Below the pieces are notes generated by a model. That model was not told the DNA's origin and made no database searches. It saw only the letters and a program-made list of their open reading frames with translations. Source: Rhodothermales bacterium (GTDB lineage: Bacteria > Bacteroidota > Rhodothermia > Rhodothermales > Bin80). Taken from it: a stretch of DNA of 64,000 bases. The stretch covers positions 702,831-766,830 of the forward strand of contig OZ241742.1 of the NCBI GenBank assembly GCA_965200955.1. Reading direction: 5' to 3'. Positions 10,719 through 17,269 of this stretch are shown piece after piece. Each line of letters begins with the position of its first letter. Within the stretch, counting starts at the first letter, position 1. The position numbers and the translations under genes were made by a program.

Positions 10719-11042
10719 ACGATGGTCTGGCTTTTTCAAGTCAACTCCCGTTGAGAAAACCCGCCGTTGACCGATCCTCATGGAGAAAGAGTCCGAAGCA
10801 TAGATGGAGGGCCCAAGATACTACTTTTCGGTAGCGATTCTCGCGAGCCCGAGTTCAAAGATCTTGACAGCTCCGACGTATTCAAATATTGAGCATTATG
10901 GCATATTGCCTAGCATGCGGACACCAGATTGATAAACCGTCGAAATTGCTGAGGACTCTTTCTCCATGACGATCCGTCTAAATTACAACAAAATGTAATC
11001 TCTATTTATACATATCGCCCCAATATGGAACCTTCCATTCTA
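10719..11042 (+). ncRNA. candidate bridge/seek-RNA-like structured non-coding right end of the IS110-family element
   Basis: 324 nt with no ORF, 3' of the recombinase gene. A 17-bp perfect long-range stem, TCATGGAGAAAGAGTCC (10778-10794) paired with GGACTCTTTCTCCATGA (10953-10969), encloses 158 nt. The position matches where IS1111-group elements carry their guide RNA. Confidence 0.4.
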
Positions 11043-11416
11043 CACCAGTTGTATAGATACTGGTTCGCATCCGTGTTCTCTATGTGAATATTTCTGTCAA
11101 ATCTGGATCGCTTCAGGTCCTCCAATTCAGAACATTTATTTGGATCTGTCTCAATAAAAATTAATTCATCAAATGATTTGTTCTCAATGTCTAAGGCCAC
11201 ATTGACGGATCCATCAATAAAGCTGAGGCAATCAACTTCTTCAGGACTTTGTGTTTCTTGCTGTACTCTTCCAGTTCCTGCAAAAGCATCTATGTACAAT
11301 AGCTTGAAAGGTTGATTCTTGAGGGCGGTAGTGTATGTATTGAGATACTTTCGCAAGATCTCAAGTTTTTCTAGAGTCCATCTTCCACCGAATTGATTCT
11401 CGGATATTTTTGACAT
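11043..11416 (-). pseudogene. three-Cys-motif partner protein (TcmP-like), N-terminal part (SAM-MTase-like IDAFAGTG motif)
   Basis: MSKISENQFGGRWTLEKLEILRKYL...LYIDAFAGTGRV...IFIETDP...NTDANQYLYNWC, after which the frame reads into the IS end and stops. The ATG at 11416 is preferred to the upstream start at 11449. Confidence 0.7.
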
Positions 11417-11671
11417 AATATAAAAGTTTAATGATATTGATACAATCAATTATATATAATTAAAATTGTATTGTTCCAATAATTATGATTGCAATACTTC
11501 ATTATAACGAAACCAATTCATTAAAGCGAATGTTTACCATAGGTCAATAGATCTCCTTATCTTGAGGTTTCTCTTGATCACACTCCTTATGATGAAAATT
11601 TTATACAAGGAATCTTGTCATCGTTCATCATTAATTTAATCAATTTCTTGATTCAATCCATTTGACCTATA

Positions 11672-12742
11672 ATGGCAGTTCATAAATCAATTATAATGAA
11701 AGATGTCAAGGATCTGCACCTTGACTTTCAAAATCCAAGACTCGGTCGTCATTTATCCAATGGAAAGATCAGTCAAGACAAAGTCGTTAATGAGATGAAA
11801 GACTGGACGATAGATCAGCTTGCAGTATCGTTTATTGAAAGTGGTTATTGGCCGCAGGAAGCATTAATCATCATTGAGGAAGGTGGACTGAATATTGTAT
11901 TGGATGGCAGTCGTCGCTTAGCTGCAATAAAATTGTTACTCAATGCTTCAGATGGGTGTCCTTCGTCACAAACATGGGAGGACATGGCAAATTTAGCTTC
12001 CTCAGAAAAGATTCATCAATTGCGCACTGTTCCATGTATGAAGGTGGATGATCGGATTGATGTACAGGGTTATATGGGGTTTCGTCATGTTACGGGAATC
12101 AAACAATGGCCATCAGTTGAAAAGGCACGCTATATGACTCATTTAATTGACGACCGAGGACTTTGCTATAAAGATGTTATGGGGCTCATCGGAAGTAAAA
12201 CACCAACGGTTCGCCAACACTATTTTGCTTATCATTTACTTCTTCAAATTGAGCAAGAATTTGAAGATATTTCAATTGAAGATGTGGAAGCTTGCTTCAG
12301 TGTAATGTATTTGTCCTTACGATCATCTGGTACGAAAAAATATCTTCATATCGATTTTAATACAGAACCTGAGAAAAATCTTCGGCCCGTACCGGCTGAT
12401 AGACTGAATGCCCTCTACAATTATTGTAAATGGTTATTCGGAACTAAAGAACATGAGCCATTAGTACGGGATTCACGGCAAACTGATATTTTTGGTGAGA
12501 TTCTTGGGTCTACGGATGCTATTACTTATTTAGAGCAAAACCATAAACCACATTTTGAGGTTGCCGAACGGAAGGCCAAATCTGAGGAGGTAGCAGTATT
12601 CGAGCACATTCAAAAAGCAATTTATGAAGTAGAACAGGCTTTAAGTATTGTACATATGTACACAGATTCAAGGAGAATTATTGAATCTGTTGAGAGACTT
12701 GATCGTGGTACCAATAGTCTGGTTGATTTATTTGCAGATTAG
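11672..12742 (+). CDS. ParB/Srx N-terminal-domain (ParB-like nuclease fold) protein
   Basis: LDFQNPRL...NIVLDGSRRLAAIKLL resembles the ParB-N GxxRxxA arginine patch (DGxxR, as in ParB/DndB-type proteins). The remaining ~250 aa carry no motif I recognise. Confidence 0.55.
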   Translation: MAVHKSIIMKDVKDLHLDFQNPRLGRHLSNGKISQDKVVNEMKDWTIDQLAVSFIESGYWPQEALIIIEEGGLNIVLDGSRRLAAIKLLLNASDGCPSSQTWEDMANLASSEKIHQLRTVPCMKVDDRIDVQGYMGFRHVTGIKQWPSVEKARYMTHLIDDRGLCYKDVMGLIGSKTPTVRQHYFAYHLLLQIEQEFEDISIEDVEACFSVMYLSLRSSGTKKYLHIDFNTEPEKNLRPVPADRLNALYNYCKWLFGTKEHEPLVRDSRQTDIFGEILGSTDAITYLEQNHKPHFEVAERKAKSEEVAVFEHIQKAIYEVEQALSIVHMYTDSRRIIESVERLDRGTNSLVDLFAD

Positions 12743-12767
12743 AAAGGATGGATCGGTTACAAAGTGA

Positions 12768-13822
12768 CGGAAGCTCATCTTCAACCATTCGTTTAGTTGG
12801 ATGTACATGAAATGTTTGGAGAAGATATGAAGTTCAATGTGATGATGGGCAATCCTCCCTATCAGATGCAAGATGGAGGGGGTACGGGTAAAAGTGCAGT
12901 TCCACTTTACAATCGATTCGTAGATAAATCGAAAGAGTATAAACCAGACTTGCTTACCTTCGTCATACCAGCACGGTGGTATGCGGGAGGCAGAGGATTA
13001 GACAGTTTTAGGTCAAATATGCTGTCAGATCCTAAGATTTCTCTTTTGGTGGACTATCCTCGTTCAGAGACGGTCTTCCCCAGAGTGACCATTGCTGGTG
13101 GTGTTTGTTTCTTTCTTCACGACCAACAGCACAAAGGTGATTGTTTCGTAATTCCAGATGGTGATCAAACCAAAGCAACTCATCGGAAACTGAATGAATA
13201 TGATGTTTTCATCCGAGATGAAATGGATGTTCAGATCCTTCGAAAAGTACAACGAAAAGTAAACGAGAACGGTTGGAAGCCCATGAGTGAGGTTGTAAGC
13301 ACGCGTAACTTCTTTGGAATCCAAGCACATCGGTTGCCATCATCTATATTTCACAATTCAACATCTGCATGTGATACTCTACTGGTTACAAAAGACGGTG
13401 ATAAATACGTACATTCTATTGACATACCTAAAAATTCCGAAACCCTTCATTTATGGAAAGTGATTGTATCTAAAGCAAGTGCTGGTACTGGAGGCGTACT
13501 GAATAAATCTGGAATTCGTGTGGTGATAACCAAGCCACGAGTGATAGGGCCGCAGAGTATCTGTACAGAAACGTATCTCCTGATTGACATGTTTTCCTCT
13601 CGTGAACCCGCTGAACGATTACTTGAGTATGTGAAATCAAGATTTTTCAGATTTCTACTATCTCTTAAAACTCCAACCCACAATCTTTCCCAAAAATGCT
13701 TTGAATTTGTACCTGCCCTCCCCATGGATCGGATTTGGAATGACGAAATTCTTTATGACTTCTTTGATCTCACCGATCAAGAAATTGCTCATATAGAAAG
13801 TAAAATCAAGGTCATCAACTAA
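12768..13822 (+). pseudogene. 5'-truncated paralogue of the N6-adenine DNA methyltransferase at 15618-17141
   Basis: Nucleotide and protein similarity to 16090-17141 begins at GAAGCTCATCTTCA (12768). There is an in-frame TAG (..TEAHLQPFV*LDVHEMFGEDM..). It retains GNPPYQMQDGGGTGKSAVPLYN and the entire C-terminal region but lacks the whole motif X/I N-terminus. Confidence 0.85.
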
Positions 13823-13949
13823 CGCTTCCTACTACGAATCTAATTGAGGCTTTCATCAGGTATAACCTACTGATCTCAGAAATCTCACGCACAATCCATG
13901 ACACTCAACTCATTGGAAATCACAATCACCAATTGGAGTGGCATTATCA

Positions 13950-14366
13950 ATGAGTTATAATTTGTCAAATTTCCAGCAATCTATGCTGACTTCTAAGATT
14001 TACGCCTACACGTATGGAGAATACCCAGCAAACCATGGGAGCATCTTTGCGGAGGATACGGTTGGATCAAGAAGGTAGACAATACAGTACGACAAGGAAG
14101 ATGTCAGGGATCGTTCAAAGAATAAAGGGGTGCAAATGTACCAGATGATATTGTATTGTTGTGATAAGAGATTGCAAAATAGAACAGGAAGAATCATTCA
14201 TGGATACTCAATTCCATAAGAAACACTTAGAAAACTACCCATAGGTACATCATCAATGGTTTGAATGTAGGCGAATTAAATACCAGCCATCGCCCAATCG
14301 TTTAAGGGACAACATCAGGCCACTTGACTGAGAGAAACCAACGGACTCATTGGTTTATTTGCAGAT
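13950..14366 (+). pseudogene. heavily decayed remnant of the T5orf172-helicase N-terminus, followed by a remnant of a ParB-like gene 3' end
   Basis: 13950-14320 aligns by eye to 17270-17640 (ATGAGT..AAGATTTACGCCTACACGTATGGAGAATACC..) but with many stops and indels. 14330-14385 repeats the 3' end and trailer of the gene at 11672-12742 (TTATTTGCAGATTAGAA..GG..GGA.C..TTAC). Confidence 0.7.
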
Positions 14367-14883
14367 TAGAAGAGGCGGACCAATTACCGAAGAATTCATG
14401 ATTTTTACTCTGGTAAAAGGCTGAAATACTCGCCTGAAAGATACAACTTCCGAATGGGCGTTTTCGATGACTGTATTAAGGTGGTATCTTTTTGAATCAG
14501 GTTATATGTCAGAGGGGCAGGTGTGGTTGATAATGAGAAAATAGTAATCTCTAATCTGATCTGGTCACATGGATATCTCACTGAAAAGAGGCCCCTAAAT
14601 CGTGATTTTAATGCTTCAAAATAAGGACATCATTCGTCTCTGCAAGATCTTTTTCACTGGCTGCAGTGGAGAAAGGTCAATCAATGATGATCTCTCAATA
14701 CAATTGTAAATATAGTGGTATGATTTCGCGATGGATTCTTATCTTTGGATGAATGGTTCTAAGTTCGGGCTATCTGAATGATCTCTGAGCAGAAATCTAC
14801 TTGACTCAATTCTTCATGGTAACCTAAAACGTTGGGAGAACCTATTTTTTGTCCATTGCTCTGAGTAATTTTTACATCTATTA

Positions 14884-15621
14884 ATGTCTTCTGAGGCTCT
14901 TCTATTTGCTGATCCCTCTTCCCTGTCTGAAGAAAAGTCCACAGCCGAAGTGGTTCGCAGTAGAGTAAGAGATTATTTGTTGACTGCTTTGGTAGAAGAC
15001 GACCCGCCTCAATTAGTGCGAGATTCTGACCGAGTGGATAACTATGGAGAGGTGTTTACTCCCAACTGGCTTGTAAAACAAATGATGGATCACTTGCCAG
15101 ATGATCCTATTGCCGAATTAACTAAGTCCGCTCTTGATCCTTCGTGTGGGAATGGACAGTTTTTGACCGAGGCATTAAGACGAAAATTAGCAACGACTGC
15201 AAAAAACTATGCTGACTCATTGGACCAAGAGCAGTACCAGTTTGATTGCTTACGGTCACTTTCTAAGATTTATGGTGTTGATATTAATGCAGATACAGCA
15301 GCTGAGGCACGAACCCGCATGGAAGCCATTGTACTGAAAGCCTATCAAGCTGTGAATGACTCTGAACCACCGTACGATTTTGTCAGGGCTGTTCAATTCA
15401 TTCTTCGTGCGAATATCATTGTAGGTGATTTTTTGAAAGAGAACTATACATTTATCGAATGGAGACCACATCATGAACATTCATTTGAGCGTAAATACTG
15501 GCCTGCAGAGGTAATTTCTTCAAGAAACAAACAGAAAGGTACTCTCTTTGATGAAATATGCGAACCTTCCAAGATCATTGCTCCAATGCATTGGAGATCA
15601 ATCATTGGTGATAAAAATTGA
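14884..15621 (+). CDS. SAM-binding methyltransferase-like half protein (motifs X, I, II, III present, no motif IV)
   Basis: GEVFTPNWLVKQMMDHL...LDPSCGNGQFLTEALRR...IYGVDINAD...IIVGDFL, then the protein ends without any (D/N)PPY motif. Its TGA stop overlaps the TTG start of the next gene. Confidence 0.7.
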   Translation: MSSEALLFADPSSLSEEKSTAEVVRSRVRDYLLTALVEDDPPQLVRDSDRVDNYGEVFTPNWLVKQMMDHLPDDPIAELTKSALDPSCGNGQFLTEALRRKLATTAKNYADSLDQEQYQFDCLRSLSKIYGVDINADTAAEARTRMEAIVLKAYQAVNDSEPPYDFVRAVQFILRANIIVGDFLKENYTFIEWRPHHEHSFERKYWPAEVISSRNKQKGTLFDEICEPSKIIAPMHWRSIIGDKN

Positions 15622-17141
15622 AACCCCATACACCTGACATTCTTGATTGCCTTGCAAATTTGTCAAGTGACGAGGTCTTTACTCCTCCCGCCTTTGCAAA
15701 TTCAATGTTGGATCACCTCCCCGATCGAGTGTGGAAAGATCCTTCTTTGAAATGGCTTGATCCATGTTCAAAGACGGGAGTTTTTCTTCGTGAAGTGGCT
15801 CGGAGGTTAATGATTGGACTGGCATCAGCGATTCCTGATTATCATGAACGCCGTGAGCATATCTACCGAAATATGCTTTATGGGATTGCGGTTTCGGAGT
15901 TGACTTCACTGATTTCGCGGCGTGCCTTGTATGAGTGCAAGGATGCTAGTCTTTCAAAGTATAGCATTGTAACGTTTGATGATCATGAGGGTAATATTCG
16001 GTTCCCTGAGGTGAACCTTGAAGGGAAGAATATGAAGGGGAGCAATCGTAGATTATCTGAGGCAAAGGCAAAGATTATCGAGGGGCGTGAAGCTCATCTT
16101 CATCCGTTCCTCTATATGGATTTACATGAAATATTTGGAGAAGACATGCAGTTCAATGTGATCATGGGCAATCCTCCCTACCAGATGCAGGATGGAGGGG
16201 GTACGGGCAAAAGTGCTGTTCCGCTCTATAATTTATTCGTGGATCAAGCGAAAGAATACGAACCAGATTTACTCACCTTCGTCATTCCAGCCCGATGGTA
16301 TGCGGGAGGCAGAGGATTGGACAGTTTTAGGTCAGCTATGCTGTCGGATCGTAAGATTTCTTTATTGGTAGATTATCCGCGGTCTGAAATAATCTTCCCC
16401 AGTGTGACCATTGCTGGTGGTGTTTGTTTTTTTCTTCGCGATCAACAGTACAAAGGAGATTGCTTAGTAATTCCCAATGGAGATCACAGTAAAGCAACAC
16501 TAAGAATACTGAATGAACATGATGTTTTTATTAGAGATGAAATGGATGTTCAGATCCTTGAAAAAGTACAAAGAAAAGTGAAGGAGGACGGATGGAAGCC
16601 CATGAGTGAGATTGTACGCTCATCAAATTACTACGGAATACGTCCTCACCAGCTACCGCCATCCGTTTCAGATGAGCCAAAATCTTCAACTGATACTCTA
16701 CTGGTTACAAAAGATGGTGATAAATATGTGCCATCTGTTGAGATTCCTAAAAATATCGAAACACTTCATTTATGGAAAGTGATTGTATCGAAAGCAAGTA
16801 CTGGTACTGGAGGAGTATTGGACAAATCTGGAGTTCGTGTAGTGATTACAAAGCCACGAGTGATAGGCCCTCAAAGTATCTGTACAGAAACGTATCTCGT
16901 GATTGATTTCTTCTCCTCTCATGAACCAGCGGGGCGATTGTTGGATTATGTAAAATCACGATTTTTCCGATTCCTTTTGTCCCTCAAAACGCCTACTCAC
17001 AATCTTTCCCAGAAATGCTTTGAGTTTGTACCCTTCCTTCCATTGGATCGGAATTGGAATGACAAAATTCTCTATGACTTCTTTGATCTCACCGATCAAG
17101 AAATCGCTCATATCGAAAGCAAAATCAAGGTCATCAACTGA
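15618..17141 (+). CDS. gamma-class N6-adenine DNA methyltransferase (TaqI/Eco57I-like) with large C-terminal presumed target-recognition region
   Basis: DEVFTPPAFANSMLDHL...LDPCSKTGVFL (M.TaqI-like motif I) and NVIMGNPPYQ (motif IV), plus a ~320-aa C-terminal region. The TTG start at 15618 overlaps the upstream stop. Confidence 0.85.
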   Translation: MKPHTPDILDCLANLSSDEVFTPPAFANSMLDHLPDRVWKDPSLKWLDPCSKTGVFLREVARRLMIGLASAIPDYHERREHIYRNMLYGIAVSELTSLISRRALYECKDASLSKYSIVTFDDHEGNIRFPEVNLEGKNMKGSNRRLSEAKAKIIEGREAHLHPFLYMDLHEIFGEDMQFNVIMGNPPYQMQDGGGTGKSAVPLYNLFVDQAKEYEPDLLTFVIPARWYAGGRGLDSFRSAMLSDRKISLLVDYPRSEIIFPSVTIAGGVCFFLRDQQYKGDCLVIPNGDHSKATLRILNEHDVFIRDEMDVQILEKVQRKVKEDGWKPMSEIVRSSNYYGIRPHQLPPSVSDEPKSSTDTLLVTKDGDKYVPSVEIPKNIETLHLWKVIVSKASTGTGGVLDKSGVRVVITKPRVIGPQSICTETYLVIDFFSSHEPAGRLLDYVKSRFFRFLLSLKTPTHNLSQKCFEFVPFLPLDRNWNDKILYDFFDLTDQEIAHIESKIKVIN

Positions 17142-17269
17142 CGATTTTTCTATGAATCTACTTGAGAACTTCGACAGATATAACCTCCCCACATCAGAAA
17201 TCAACAATCTCAATTGATGACACTCAACTCATTTGTAATCACCATCACTCATTTGGAGATCCTTCATTG

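Larger units (their letters stand above)
9516..11042 (+). mobile_element. IS110-family insertion sequence, IS1111-like organisation (1527 bp)
   Basis: Imperfect terminal inverted repeats TAGAATGGGAAGGTTTCC (9516-9533) versus the reverse complement of GGAACCTTCCATTCTA (11027-11042). Excising exactly 9516-11042 restores an uninterrupted TcmP-like frame (..NQYLYNWCYILKRDWSRW..). No target duplication is evident. The left non-coding end is 66 bp and the right is 324 bp. Confidence 0.8.

Noticed and set aside
14386-14883. ~500-bp non-coding stretch upstream of the intact methyltransferase module, inspected for small ORFs, repeats or RNA structure.
   Set aside because: No ORF of meaningful length, no repeats and no convincing stems were found by eye. 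It is probably promoter or decayed sequence.
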